Positions 1 through 12,989 of a stretch of DNA of 64,000 nucleotides are shown here, piece after piece. The stretch spans positions 35,774,001-35,838,000 of the forward strand of contig OZ024744.1 in the NCBI GenBank assembly GCA_964016885.1. The letters run 5' to 3'. Each line of letters starts with the position of its first letter. Within the stretch, counting starts at the first letter, position 1. The notes below the pieces were generated by a model. It was not told where the DNA came from and did no database searches. It saw only the letters and a program-made list of their open reading frames with translations. Origin of the DNA: Eledone cirrhosa. Lineage: Eukaryota. The translations under genes and the position numbers were made by a program.

Positions 1-71
<71 letters not shown>

Positions 72-992
72 TGTTATACTTGGGGAGGGTCATATTTGTG
101 TAATATTGCCAGAATTAATAACAGAACACACTCACTGTTTGGTTGGTTTTCGCCTCTCGCTGTCTTTTATATCTGCGATCTAACTTAATCGGTCCTCAAT
201 GTTGCCATTGACTGACCGACGGTCAAAAATAATACAGATACAATATAGACACAAACACATATATATAGTTTACATAATTTACATAAATCTTTCGTTGCAC
301 ATCTGCAACATCGTCAATGGTGTTATATTTTTTCCTCCTGTTGTGTTGTATGTCTACGCCATTTTTTATTCAGTCTGTCTATATATTTATTTATTTATTT
401 GCTTGTTTGTTTATTTTATTTTGTCTTCTTTGCGCATGCGTTTGTGTGTGTGTACAGTGTTGTGTGTGCTGTGTGACTAGTGTGTATAGTATTGTGTCTG
501 CTGGGTGACTAGTGTGTGTTTATGTGCTTGTTGTTATTGTGCTTGTGTATGTATTTATTTATCTTATTTTATTTTATTTTATTTATTTACTTATTTATAC
601 TTCTCTTAGGTCAGTGTTGTTTGTTTGGGTGTTGTTGTTCCACTCATTCTTTCTGTTTAGCTTTGGTCTTCTAATTTCTATTTCACTGGCCTCTCTGATT
701 TGCCTATCTGCTGGGTCACTCCTATGTTTAGATATTATTCTAATTTCTATGTTGTCTATGTTACCGTCATGTTGTTGTCTAGCATGTTCGTATAGTACTG
801 ACCCGTTTTTTCGTCCTTTTAGTTCCCCCCAGTGTTGGTCTATCCTTTCACCTATGCTACGAGCTGTCTCACCTATGTATGTTGTTGTCATGTTTCTGCA
901 AGTACCCTCTGTACATCTTATGCTATAGACTACGTTTCTAGTTTTACAGTTTATCCGGGGGTTCACCTTACATATGATACATTTCCTATTGG

Positions 993-2440
993 CAAAAAGG
1001 ACTCCCATGGGAAGGTGGATTGGGTGGACCAAAGCTATACGGATCCCCCAAAACACTGATCAAGTAAGAAAAATGGTCGCACATGCTATAGGGGCTAGTA
1101 TCAAAACTACCCTAAAGGGCCACATATTTAAGTTCAATGAGAAAATCTACACCCAAAATGAGGGAGCAGCCATCGGCGTCAGCATAGCTGGTGATGTTGC
1201 CAACCTTTTCATGGTATGGTGGGAAAGGAGACTTAAAGATCTCGTTAATGAAAGCTCCATAGACCTCATCATGTACTCTCGTTATGTAGACGATATCAAT
1301 ATAGTTATAAGAACACCCCCACTAGAGAGCACTAACAAGTTTGATTTAGAACGTAGCACGATGGAAAGCATCCAGCAGATAGCTAATTCCATACACCAGA
1401 GTATAACTGTAACTATCGACTTCCCTTCCAAACACCCTAACAATAGACTACCTGTATTAGACACAGAACTCTGGATTAACACTATAGACGAGAGAGCCCA
1501 AATTCTCCACTCACACTATGCTAAACCCATGGCCTCCAAATACCTGATACTCAAAAACTCAGCAATGTCCAGTAGTGCTAAGTTTAATATTCTGATCGCA
1601 GATTTGGTACGAGTGATGAAGAAAGTGTCCAGCATGTGCGACCCAACAGAAATGGAAAGACACATCCAACACTTCATCAACCGCATGCAGTTCTCTGGCT
1701 ACAACCAAAGAGACAGAGTCAGATTATACGAAGGGGCCATGGAAAAGTATAAGACCCTCATAGAACTGGACATGAAAGGAATTTGCCCACTATACAGGAG
1801 CAAATCATGGAATAGCTTAGATAGGGCTAGACATAAGATAGGGAAGGCCACATCATGATACGACAACCAGAGATATCAGAGTGTCATGTTTGTGGACGCC
1901 ACCCCTGGAGGGAAATTAGCTAACCAGTGTAGAAAGGCCCTGAGAAAGACCCACTTAAAAATAAAGGTGGTAGAAAAGCCAGGAACCACCATAAAATCCC
2001 TGATCAGCAAAACCTACCCTTTTAAGAAAACCAACTGTACCAATAGGAAATGTATCATATGTAAGGTGAACCCCCGGATAAACTGTAAAACTAGAAACGT
2101 AGTCTATAGCATAAGATGTACAGAGGGTACTTGCAGAAACATGACAGCAACATACATAGGTGAGACAGCTCGTAGCATAGGTGAAAGGATAGACCAACAC
2201 TGGGGGGAACTAAAAGGACGAAAAAACGGGTCAGTACTATACGAACATGCTAGACAACAACATGACGGTAACATAGACAACATAGAAATTAGAATAATAT
2301 CTAAACATAGGAGTGACCCAGCAGATAGGCAAATCAGAGAGGCCAGTGAAATAGAAATTAGAAGACCAAAGCTAAACAGAAAGAATGAGTGGAACAACAA
2401 CAACACCCAAACAAACAACACTGACCTAAGAGAAGTATAA
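993..2440 (+). pseudogene. PLE polyprotein C-terminal part: RT (YTQNEGAAIG, YSRYVDDI), thumb, Cys linker, GIY-YIG endonuclease (NVVYSIRC...YIGETARS...R...H)
   Basis: ORFs 974-1858 and 1886-2440 are in one frame, separated by a single TGA at 1856-1858; the N-terminal RT is missing. Confidence 0.9.
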
Positions 2441-2709
2441 ATAAGTAAATAAATAAAATAAAATAAAATAAGATAAATAAATACATACACAAGCACAATA
2501 ACAACAAGCACATAAACACACACTAGTCACCCAGCAGACACAACACTATACACACTAGTCACACAGCACACACAACACTGTACACACACGCAAACGCATG
2601 CGCAAAGAAGAGAAAATAAAATAAACAAACAAGCAAATAAATAAATAATTATATAGACAGACTGAATAAAAAATGGCGTAGACATACAACACAACAGGAG
2701 GAAAAAATA

Positions 2710-2756
2710 TAACACCACTGACGATGTTGCAGATGTGCAACGAAAGATTTATGTAA
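2710..2756 (+). ncRNA. Putative hammerhead ribozyme in PLE pLTR (weak stems I and III)
   Basis: CTGACGA-t-GTTGCA gatg TGCAAC-GAAA-gatt-TA; the inverted copy at ~280-325 has C3 changed to T; third copy at 25233-25279 (-). Confidence 0.6.
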
Positions 2757-3005
2757 ATTATGTAAACTATATATATGTGTTTGTGTCTATATTGTATCTG
2801 TATTATTTTTGACCGTCGGTCAGTCAATGGCAACATTGAGGACCGATTAAGTTAGATCGCAGATATAAAAGACAGCGAGAAGCGAAAACCAACCAAACAG
2901 TGAGTGTGTTCTGTTATTAATTCTGGCAATATTACACAAATATGACCCTCCCCAAGTATAACAATATTTGTTTCGACACACGATTTCATATAAAAAACCT
3001 CGCTA

Positions 3006-3183
<178 letters not shown>

Positions 3184-3211
3184 ATATCTATATATATATC
3201 TATATCTATAT

Positions 3212-3489
<278 letters not shown>

Positions 3490-4007
3490 GACCCCCCCCC
3501 CCCCCCCGGGAGTGGCCCACACAGGAAGAACAATTATCCCAAGGTACTAACCCTATACGCATGAATGAGTGCCCGCAACCGTTCATTGTGTGTGTATACT
3601 GGGACTGCGTGAATGTACACACTTATGTGAACGCAACGTAATACTAATACCCCAGGTTGGATTCATAAATGTTCGAGTGTATGCTTAAGAGTATATTTGT
3701 ATATGCTCTCTTGTATGAGTGCACATGTGTATATAGACATACACGCGCATCCAGAAGTATAAAAGTGTGGGTGGGTATATATCTCTGTACTGAGAGATTC
3801 TCCTAAGCTCCAAAACCCCCAAGCTATTGCTGTGAAGATATATATCACACTCTACCTTTGTCTAGTCTAAACAATAACTTTTCCAAACACCCACTTTACT
3901 TTTCTTTAAAAATAACACCCACCTAGTTTTATGTCTGCCGTATACTTGAATTTGGGGCCTCTATTGTATATATATATGCACTTGTGCGTACATATATATA
4001 TATACAC

Positions 4008-4319
4008 ACCTGTATGGATTTGTGTGTGTAGATGTGTGTGTGTCTGAGGGTGTAGGTGTGAGTGTATGTACAAGTCAACCAACATAAGTCTTTTTATTTC
4101 TAAATTTTCTAAACTATCTAAGTATTTGACTCTAACCATTATTTTAAGTATTACCACCCCACATTAATTCCTCAATTTGTATGTGTGGATGTGTGTGTGT
4201 GTCTGTGGAGGTGGGTGTGAGTGTATGTGCAAGCCAACCTACATAAGTCTTTTTACTTGTAAATTTTCTACTCTAACCATAATTTTCAGTAGCACAACTC
4301 CACATAAATTCCTCAATTT
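4008..4319. repeat. Diverged tandem duplication (~140-170 bp units)
   Basis: acataagtcttttta...actctaaccat...cacat..attcctcaattt occurs twice. Confidence 0.7.
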
Positions 4320-4625
4320 AAGAATGACCTGTAGTATCTATTTCATACTATTAACCTTAATTGAATATATATCTGACCAGGAATGCTTTTTGTGAAAATC
4401 AGTCATGTGGAATTATTGTCATCCTGTCTGACGGTTTGAACTTTACAACACCACCTGCCTCTTTGAGGTCAAATACCAACCCTACTAGCATCTACAAACT
4501 GACTCATGAGAATTAAGACTATTCCTGTTGACAACATTAAATTATTTCTAACAAGCTCATATGTCCCAAGGCTCTGATACCATCAACACCATAAACACAG
4601 AGCTAGCATAACTAAGAACTGACTA

Positions 4626-4681
4626 ACTGCCTGATGAGGTCATAGCCATTCAATGGCTAGCATCGAAATATATATAGCAGT
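4626..4681 (+). ncRNA. Type I minimal hammerhead ribozyme
   Basis: Stem I ACTGC/GCAGT, CTGATGA, stem II ggt-ca-TAGCCAT tca ATGGCTA-gc-atc, GAAA, palindromic TATATA, UA cleavage site; AATAAA follows, then (TA)n about 45 bp later. Confidence 0.9.
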
Positions 4682-4722
4682 AAATAAAGGATTATGAGTT
4701 CATGCAATTGACTTATGTTTCG

Positions 4723-4757
<35 letters not shown>

Positions 4758-4911
4758 ATAATAATAAATTTGAAGACTAAAATCCAAAGAGGGCTCGATA
4801 AGGATAAATATATATCAAATATATAAGAACCGTAGAGCAAATATTGGTTAGTTTCAGAAGATCCCGTTAGGGGTGAAAACAGCGATTCTTTGTTTAAACT
4901 TTAATCTGTTA

Positions 4912-4998
<87 letters not shown>

Positions 4999-5001
4999 AA
5001 T

Positions 5002-5053
5002 GGCTTCTACAGGACTAGAATTGTTTCATTCGGAACAAATCATCAGGAAAGCC
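5002..5053 (-). ncRNA. Degenerate hammerhead-like motif
   Basis: Minus strand: ggctttc CTGATGA tttg ttc cgaa t GAAA caattc TA...gaagcc; stem I is interrupted. Confidence 0.4.
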
Positions 5054-5159
5054 GACTGCCAATGTAATATAGTGATATTTATACATGGTATGAGAGGGTG
5101 GTGATTGGAATGGGTGAAGGTCATTGGATGATGGATTTAAAGATATATATATATAACGA

Positions 5160-5224
<65 letters not shown>

Positions 5225-5227
<3 letters not shown>

Positions 5228-6590
5228 GATAAATCTACCAAAATATACGGTAGTGTCCAATCCGTATGAAGAACTCAATGTAATCCAAATATCATGAAAA
5301 GAGAAGATGCATTCAAAAATTTTCGATAAAAATCATAGGAAAACAGAGTCAAGATAAATTAATAAAAACAATGAAATAAAAACAAAGAGCAAGTTCCTTA
5401 TATTAAAAAATTCATCATTTTACGATCGTTTCTAGGATGTATATGTGTGTTGGTATGTATATCATATAGATCTATGTAAAAATATTACAAATTATCAGAG
5501 GAAATATACATACCTTCACATATACAAGCCGTCCTCAGAAATGATGAGATGTGTTTATTGAAAAAACCCAACAAAGATTTAATATAAAAGGTCTGTTTGG
5601 GAACAGGTTTTGAATTGACCAATAGAAAGGTAGTTAGAGGGCAAGTTGATAGAATAGTGGTAGTAGAAATTTTATTTAGGGGTAGAGGAGTGCATACTTA
5701 TGTTTAGAATGAAAAGAATACTTTGGGGATGAAAAGAGATCAAGTCAATAAGATTGTGAAGGGTACACGGAAATTTGATGTTAAAAACGAAGGAAAATAA
5801 AATTTTAGGGTAAGGATATTAGTGAGAATACCATTCTTATTTAAACCACAAGGAATCTATGTCTATAACAAGAAATTAAATTAATTGATAGGTATACTTA
5901 TAGGGGTAAAGATATATTAATTCATATGAATGTGATAAATAAGAATTAGATGTTATTAAAGATTGTTGTTAAAAACGAAGGAACGTAACATTTTGGGATA
6001 AGGGTAGTAGTGAGGAATACCAATCTTATTTAAACTACAAGGAATCTAGGTCTATAACAGGAAATTAAATTAATTCATAGGTATATTTATAGGTATTAAT
6101 TTTAGGAAAAGAGAGCTGTAAGAGGGAAATAAAATTATGAAGTTCTCTGTAGTAAAATACTAATTATAGGTTAACTAAATTAAAAAAACCAGTTATAATA
6201 ATTTGTAAAATATAAGATTAAGGTGTATATTAATTAGGTTTATAATATTTGAAGGTTCTTCTAATTCTATGATTACAAGATATAATTAATTCCTGTCGCT
6301 TATTTAATAGGATATCTTTAGATTTCATGATTTCAAAAAGATCCTGGGAGCATAACCTACACTCGTATCTGCTATTTTGATAAGGGGTGGCCCTTTTGAG
6401 CACGCTCCAGGTCAGGTTGTATTCGATATTCTTCTTTCTATAATTATTAATTGTTTCAGCCAAGGATGTTGTATTAGCCAATGCGGCATTTTAAAAACTA
6501 TGTTTGTGGGTATTAAATCTTACTTTAACAAGCAAATTATAAACGTAAACATGTATGTTTTTGAAACGGTGCGCGAGTTTTATAGCTTCT
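5225..6590 (-). mobile_element. 3' fragment of a Naiad-like PLE (GIY-YIG C-terminus, 3' UTR, HHR)
   Basis: ORF 6230-6481 LTWSVLKRATPY..CRLC..LLNKRQELIISCNH matches the Naiad-type EN C-terminus (W..Y..CxxC..LN.R.E..C.H); internal ~125 bp duplication 5780-5904/5967-6093; ends at (TA)n. Confidence 0.75.
5412..5547 (-). ncRNA. Type I hammerhead ribozyme with ~100-nt extended stem II
   Basis: Perfect 9-bp stem I TCATCATTT/AAATGATGA, CTGAGGA, long rod (TGTATATGTG/CACATATACA; GGTATGTATAT/ATATACATACC), GAAA, palindrome CGATCG, GUA site. Confidence 0.88.
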
Positions 6591-6612
6591 AATTCGAATG
6601 GAAGGAGATGGG

Positions 6613-6684
6613 ATGTGTATTGGTGTAATGGTAGCACAGTGGTCTGGATAACCAAAGATGTGGGTTCGACTCCCATGTACGGCA
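6613..6684 (+). pseudogene. tRNA-derived sequence (tRNA pseudogene or SINE head)
   Basis: A box TGGTGTAATGG, D stem GTGT/GCAC, arm TGGT-CTGGATA-ACCA, B box GGTTCGACTCC; acceptor stem imperfect; downstream 6685-6785 recurs inverted at ~40880-40984. Confidence 0.7.
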
Positions 6685-7647
6685 ACACTCATCTTTTTCC
6701 ATTTCTCCTAGGGTTATAAACCCCACTATCAGGCTAGAAATTTCTTTAGTCTAAAATACGGTGAAAGCTTATAATTTCTAATTTCTAATATATATATATA
6801 TATATATATATGTGTGGTAAGTGTAACTGTGACATTAGAACCCCTCTCAGAACTTCTTACTTAAACATCTCTCTCCATATTATTTACTCACTTCAATCTA
6901 TTTTTTACTCACCTCAATCCGGATTCTCACTAAAATTTTAATTTCTAATTGTTAATTTTTTAATTGTTTAATTTATAATTTCTGATATTTGATATAGGAT
7001 TTTAATTTTTATTTCCAACTCTCACTCATAACTTCCAATGTAAAACCATGATACCTAGAATTAAGTTTATTTTCTCTTAGGAGTTGATGGTCAGTCGTAC
7101 TGTCCACGCTTGGTGAGAGGTAGCATTGGGACCTGCAAAAACTAACACTCTCCCATCCCCTCTGGCTTTCGGCTGACTGCCACAGTCGGGATGGGTAGCA
7201 GTAAACTATGGTACAGGCCTAAGTGGGTCATTGTTTGGCTGAGAGGGTGAACTGACTAAGCGAATTTCGTTGAAATCTGCGGTAGCTAATGGTCAACTTC
7301 CTTCGGACATGAGCGTGCGCAGACCGGTGGGGGTTAATTGGTACTCACAGGTGAACGGACGAAGAACCCAAAAGCACACACTTCGTCCGTTCCCATGTCG
7401 ATTCAATTTGGATTGCCTCGGAAACATAACCCCATTATGTAACAATCTGTCTAATGATGTCACGACATTCACGCACAGAACAGTGTGGCCAGTGTCGTCA
7501 TTGAAATATATATCACAGCATTATTATTAAAGGACTTGAACATCTGAAACTACTTCGCTTTTCCTTATTCGATATTTACTCCGTCACTCCTATGTGGAAA
7601 AAGTACGTTGAGTGCTTGAATTAAATTGCATCAATATTTACCCTAAG

Positions 7648-7680
<33 letters not shown>

Positions 7681-7748
7681 ATGAATGAAGTATTTCCGTC
7701 GGAAAGATACAGGAAAAAAGAGTACTCTATGTAGGCTACAGAGCTTAT

Positions 7749-7952
7749 TAGTTATGTAATAAACAACATAAGATAATTATTTCATTTACCAGTGGTTTCT
7801 TGATAGCAGATGTTCAGTCGTCAGAATGAATAAATTTAATAAAAACACCATGTTATTTATTTATTCTGACGACTGAAGACAGACATAACATCTGCCTTCA
7901 AGAAACCACTGGTAAATGAAATAATTATCTCATGTTGTTTATTACATAACTA
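7749..7952. mobile_element. Fold-back mini-element with two divergent hammerheads (7781-7830 minus; 7860-7920 plus)
   Basis: Inverted arms ~7749-7830/7860-7952. Each reads TT(C/T)ATT-CTGACGA-stem II-GAAA-CC act GG-TA-AATGAA; plus-arm stem II is TGAAG-a-CAGA/TCTG-c-CTTCA. Confidence 0.82.
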
Positions 7953-7953
7953 T

Positions 7954-7997
<44 letters not shown>

Positions 7998-8150
7998 TTT
8001 TGAGTATATGTTGGTTGTATACCAATACCTCAGTATGCAGATTGGAGCACTCGACGAAGTGCGCAGGTTGGTTTGGTTACTCCGGAGTAATGTAAAATAA
8101 AATAAAATAAAATAAATAAGTCAAATGTTTAAAATTTAGCTTCGTTTATT

Positions 8151-8205
8151 ACTGCTATATATATTTCGGTGACAGCCATCTTTGGCTGTGATCTCTTCAG
8201 GCAGT
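8151..8205 (-). ncRNA. Type I hammerhead ribozyme (inverted pLTR copy)
   Basis: ACTGC-CTGAAGA-gat c ACAGCCA aaga TGGCTGT c acc-GAAA-TATATA-TA-GCAGT on the minus strand. Confidence 0.88.
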
Positions 8206-9203
8206 CCGAATTAGTGTGGTATAGACAAGTACATATGTTGTTGAGGTGTATAACCTTGTCAATACTCTGATATGCCCAGTTCCTGGTTGGGTTGTTATTT
8301 CACCGAGGAACTGGAACCATATGAATTCAAACAAACGAATTTCAGTGTCAAAGGGCCTCTTCTCCTCTCATTGGTCAGTTGTTGGAACATTGCTCATTCA
8401 AAAGTCTATAGAAATTCGATCTGAGGCAAGCCAATCTGTAGTTGTTGTTCTTGTTATTGTTAGGTACATCTGACCTCAATTCTTGTGTTGGTAGTGTTGT
8501 TATTGTTGGAGTTAGCTAAAAAAAATTGATAAAGTGGTAGAAGGAATAAGATGGCAAAGGAACAAAATAACAAAAAAATGTCAAACTTCCCATTGGTCAG
8601 TTTTGAGAGCATTCCTCAGTCCGAAGTCTATAGAAATTCTTTCTGGGGTGAGGCTCCCTGTAGTGTTTGTGTATGCTATTGTTAAGTACATCTGACCTCT
8701 ACCTTTATTTTGGTAGTGTTGTTGGTGTTGTGGTCAGCTTATGTCTTGCTGCTGCTGACAATTTAGAAGTATCTGTGTGTGTGTGTTTTCATCCCTCCTG
8801 CCACCATCTCCCGTGGTGGTGGTGGTGGTGTGTGTGTGTGTAGGGGGGGGGGTTCATCCATGTATATGAAGAAATATAAGGCAATAAAATGAAGAAAACA
8901 GAAAATAAATAATAAATAGAAAATAAAGAATAAATGAAAAATTAATGAAAAAGTAATGAAAATGAATATGGAGAAGTGAAAAATAAAATGAAGATTAAAA
9001 TAAAGTAAGATAAAGTGTGTGTGTGCTATAACCAATCTCAAGGTCAGAAATATGTTGGATAGATTGGTATGAGGTACAAGATGGTAAAAGAATAAAAGAA
9101 TAAGATAATCAAATAAAATGTGTTTGTGTTATAACCAATCTCAACTTAAAAATAAATATAAGGTGATAAAGTGAAGAGAACAGAAAACAAATAACAAATT
9201 AAT

Positions 9204-9295
9204 TGTTTCTACTATTGGCACAAGGCCAGCAATTACCCAGTATATTAATGGTACTTTATTTTATCGACCCCGTAAGGATGAAAGGCAAAGTTAAC
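9204..9295 (-). mobile_element. 5'-truncated tRNA-derived SINE with 9-bp TSD
   Basis: CAAATTAAT at 9195-9203 and 9296-9304; the empty site is visible in the other pLTR arm (~10640-10660). Confidence 0.9.
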
Positions 9296-9552
9296 CAAAT
9301 TAATAAAGAGAAATCAAGATTGAAAAATTGAAAAATTGAAAAATTGAAAAATTGAAAAATTGAAAAATTGAAAAATTGAAAAATCAGAAATCAAGTAAAA
9401 TAAAATGTGTTTGTGTTATAAAGATGTTGGCCAAATTATAATGGCTGTGTCCGAATCAATCTCTAGGCTATCATGGTGTCAGCTCATCCTGGGTTGGTCC
9501 CTATGGCTTGAAGGGAGTTCTCAACCTAGGGTGTTGTTATTGCCCATATAGC

Positions 9553-10360
9553 TTGATCACGTGGTACAACCCACCCTACTCAGCGGCCCTATAGAACAGC
9601 TTGGCCCGATCATTCCTTGGAGCACTTGATAAATGCTTCCCGAGGGACCATAGATACTACAGGATCTTCAACAGACACACTGTGAAGCTCTCGTATTCCC
9701 CCACGAGAAATCTGGCCCAACACATAGCTAGCATCAACAGGAGTAGGCTTAAATACCACACACAACCAGAAGATGGAAATACAAGCACTCAGCAGAACCA
9801 TGTGAAAGGAGGGAAGGGGGGACCCAGGGCCAACCCAAGAAACCCAAACAGACCCGGGGACCCCCCACCGTGCCCGAGGGAAGACCACCATGTAACACCT
9901 AATGGTAACCCCAATCTAGGCACGCAGAGGTCGACCACCCTCTGCAACTGCAGAAACCCCGAATCATGCCCCCTTGGTAATGAATGCCTATAAGAAGAAC
10001 CTAGTATACGGTTGTAAGGTTAAAACCCCCAACTCCGAACACCTCTACATAGGAGCCACATCAACGATCTTTAAAGAAGGCTGGTACAACCATCGCCATC
10101 CTTCAATAAGGAGGCCAAAAGGAAAAGCACGGCTCTCTCCGACCTGATCTGGAAGTTTAAGCTGGACAGGACCCCGTACTCTCTGACCTGGTACATAATC
10201 AGGAAAGTACCACCCGATAAAGGGGGATCTTGCATATGCAAACTATGCCTGAACGAGACCCTCGAGATACTAAGAGGTGGAAGCGGCCTGATAAACCTCA
10301 GAACCGACTTCTTCGGGACATGCAGACACCTCAGAGATATATGGACAGTAGCAACACAAG
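9553..10360 (+). pseudogene. Naiad-type linker and GIY-YIG endonuclease remnant (stops and frameshifts)
   Basis: ITWYNPPYS, DKCFP..H..IFNRHTVKLSYS, CNCR...CPL...CL, then NLVY..YIGAT..WYNH, STALSDLIW, CKLCLNE, INLR..CRH read across frames. Confidence 0.85.
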
Positions 10361-11606
10361 AAGATGTGAGCTCCCCTCAAGCTATAGGGACTTCTCCAGA
10401 ACATGTAGACTCCTCTCGGCCAGACCTCCCTCAAGATATATGAGCAATAACAACACCCTAGGTTAAGAACTCCCCTCAAGCCATAGGGACCAACCCAGGC
10501 TGAGCTGACACCATGATAGCCTAGAGATTGATTCGGACACAGCCATTATAATTTGGCCAACATCTTTATAATACAAACACATTTTATTTTACTTGATTTC
10601 TGATTTTTCAATTTTTCAATTTTTCAATCTTGATTTCTCTTTATTAATTTGTTATTTGTTTTCTGTTCTCTTCACTGTATCACCTTATATTTATTTTTAA
10701 GTTGAGATTGATTATAACACACACACATTTTATTTGATTATCTTATTCTTTTATTCTTTTACCATCTTGTCCCTCATACCAATCTATCCAACATATTTCT
10801 GACCTTGAGATTGGTTATAGCACACACACACTTTATCTTACTTTATTTCAATCTTCATTTTATTTTTCACTTCTCCATATTCATTTTCATTACTTTTTCA
10901 TTAATTTTTCATTTATTCTTTATTCTCTATTTATTATTTATTTTCTGTTTTCTTCATTTTATTGCCTTATATTTCTTCATATACATGGATGAAACCGCCC
11001 CCACACCACCACCACGGGAGATGGTGGCAGGAGGGATGAAAAAAACACACACAGATACTTCTAAATTGTCAGCAGCAGCAAGACATAAGCTGACCACAAC
11101 ACCAACAACACTACCAAAATAAAGGTAGAGGTCAGATGTACTTAACAATAGCAAACACAAACACTACAGGGAGCCTCACCCTAGAAAGAATTTCTATAGA
11201 CTTCGGACTGAGGAATGCTCTCAAAACTGACCAATGGGAAGTTTGACATTTTTTTGTTATTTTGTTCCTTTACCATCTTATTCCTTCCACCACTTTATCA
11301 TTTTTTTTTTTAGCTAACTCCAACAATAACAACACTACCAACACAAGAATTGAGGTCATGTGTACCTAACAATAACAAGAACAACAACTACAGATTGGCT
11401 TGCCTCAGAACGAATTTCTATAGACTTTTGAATGAGGAATGTTCTAACAACTGACCAATGAGAGGAGAAGAGGCCCTTTGACACTGAATTCGTTTGTTTG
11501 AATTCATATGAAATAACAACCCAACCAGGAACTGGTGCATATCAGAGTATTGACAAAGTTATACATCTCAACAACATATGCACTTGTCTATACCACACTA
11601 ATTCGG

Positions 11607-11661
11607 ACTGCCTGAAGAGGTCACAGCCAAAGATGGCTGTCACCGAAATATGTATAGCAGT
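11607..11661 (+). ncRNA. Type I hammerhead ribozyme in Naiad pLTR
   Basis: ACTGC-CTGAAGA-GGT c ACAGCCA aaga TGGCTGT c ACC-GAAA-tatgta-TA-GCAGT, followed by AATAAA. Confidence 0.92.
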
Positions 11662-11707
11662 AATAAACGAAGCTAAATTTTAAACATTTGACTTATTTAT
11701 TTTATTT

Positions 11708-11861
<154 letters not shown>

Positions 11862-12017
11862 TTTACGTATCGAGAAAGAGAGAAAAAGGAGGGATAGGTG
11901 ATACATATAGTTATTTGCCAAGTAGCGTATGCCAAAGGTGCTCGATACTAGTGCCGGCAGTATTAAATATTCGAAGTGTTAATATTTAGTGGGCTAGAGA
12001 GTTAGCAGAGCGTAAGC

Positions 12018-12366
12018 ACGTGGGAAAGTAAAAAATCGGAGAATAGACCGTTAAAACATGTTTATTTAAAATATCACCTACGTACGTTTCGCCCGGTTGG
12101 GCTTCTCAAGGGCATAAATATCCAGGTGGTATGTTGGAGAACCAACCGTTACCCATGTCTCTCAAGTGTATCCCCTTACCCAGCAGAAAAACCTACCTTA
12201 AACTGCTTATAGACGCTACTAATTCGTTTATACGGAGAGTCAGATGGAAGGCATACCACCTGGATATTTATGTCCTTGAGAAGCCCAACCGGGCGAAACG
12301 TACGTAGGTGATATTTTAAATAAACATGTTTTAACGGTCTATTCTCCGATTTTTTACTTTCCCACG

Positions 12367-12367
<1 letters not shown>
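12018..12367. mobile_element. Fold-back mini-element with two divergent U3-A8 variant hammerheads (12075-12113 minus; 12272-12310 plus)
   Basis: Arms 12018-12133/12252-12367; motif CC-TTGAGAA-GCCC aacc GGGC-GAAA-CGTACG-TA-GG. Confidence 0.8.
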
Positions 12368-12440
<73 letters not shown>

Positions 12441-12446
12441 CAGAGG

Positions 12447-12752
12447 TATTCACTGTAAGTTGTGGGGGTATATTCTGCATGAAGAACTCAATGTAATCCA
12501 TATGTTGAAAATGTTGTAGGTTAAGATAAATCTCAGAAAACAATAAAACATTAAAAGGAAAACAGAGTCATGATATAAATTAAAACAATGAAATAAAAAA
12601 TCAAGTCATTAGAGATATACTTCACTGCTTTACGATCGTTTCTAGATGGTGATAATACATTGTATCTATACTCAGTTATTGATCTATGTAAGTTTACAAA
12701 CTATCAGATAGAGAGAATATTTACTTACATGCATATCACCAGCTGTTTTCAA
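12447..12752 (-). mobile_element. Solo pLTR fragment related to 5255-5547, with partial long-stem-II hammerhead (12625-12752)
   Basis: Shares atgaagaactcaatgtaatcca, aggaaaacagagtca, tacgatcgtttctag; minus strand TTGAAAA-c-AG-c-TGGTGATA...TATCACCA-t-CT-a-GAAA-CGATCG-TA; the 5' strand of stem I is lost into (TA)n. Confidence 0.65.
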
Positions 12753-12989
12753 TTATATATATATATATAATTGGATTGGCAGTAGCACTGACGCCTTTAA
12801 ACGTAATAGGGGTGTATATGAATAGTTATATTATATTTTTTTAGATACAATAAACATATGGGTAACCTCGTTATAAAAAAAAACACATTTTTTTTATATC
12901 GAAAAAAATATTTTTTCAATTTTCTCCGTGGAAATATCCCAGAGTGTAAACGGCGTGTAATTATTGGGCAGTAGCAGTAAGACATAGTT

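Noticed and set aside
595-1056. Independent minus-strand GIY-YIG gene
   Set aside because: It is the inverted pLTR copy fused to antisense RT sequence.
1856-1858. In-frame TGA in the PLE ORF as selenocysteine or readthrough
   Set aside because: The context (S*YD..Y.SVMFV) fits a Trp codon mutated TGG to TGA, not a Cys position; no SECIS was recognised.
6613-6684. Functional tRNA-Ser(GGA)
   Set aside because: No long variable arm, poor acceptor stem, and the body resembles another tRNA type.
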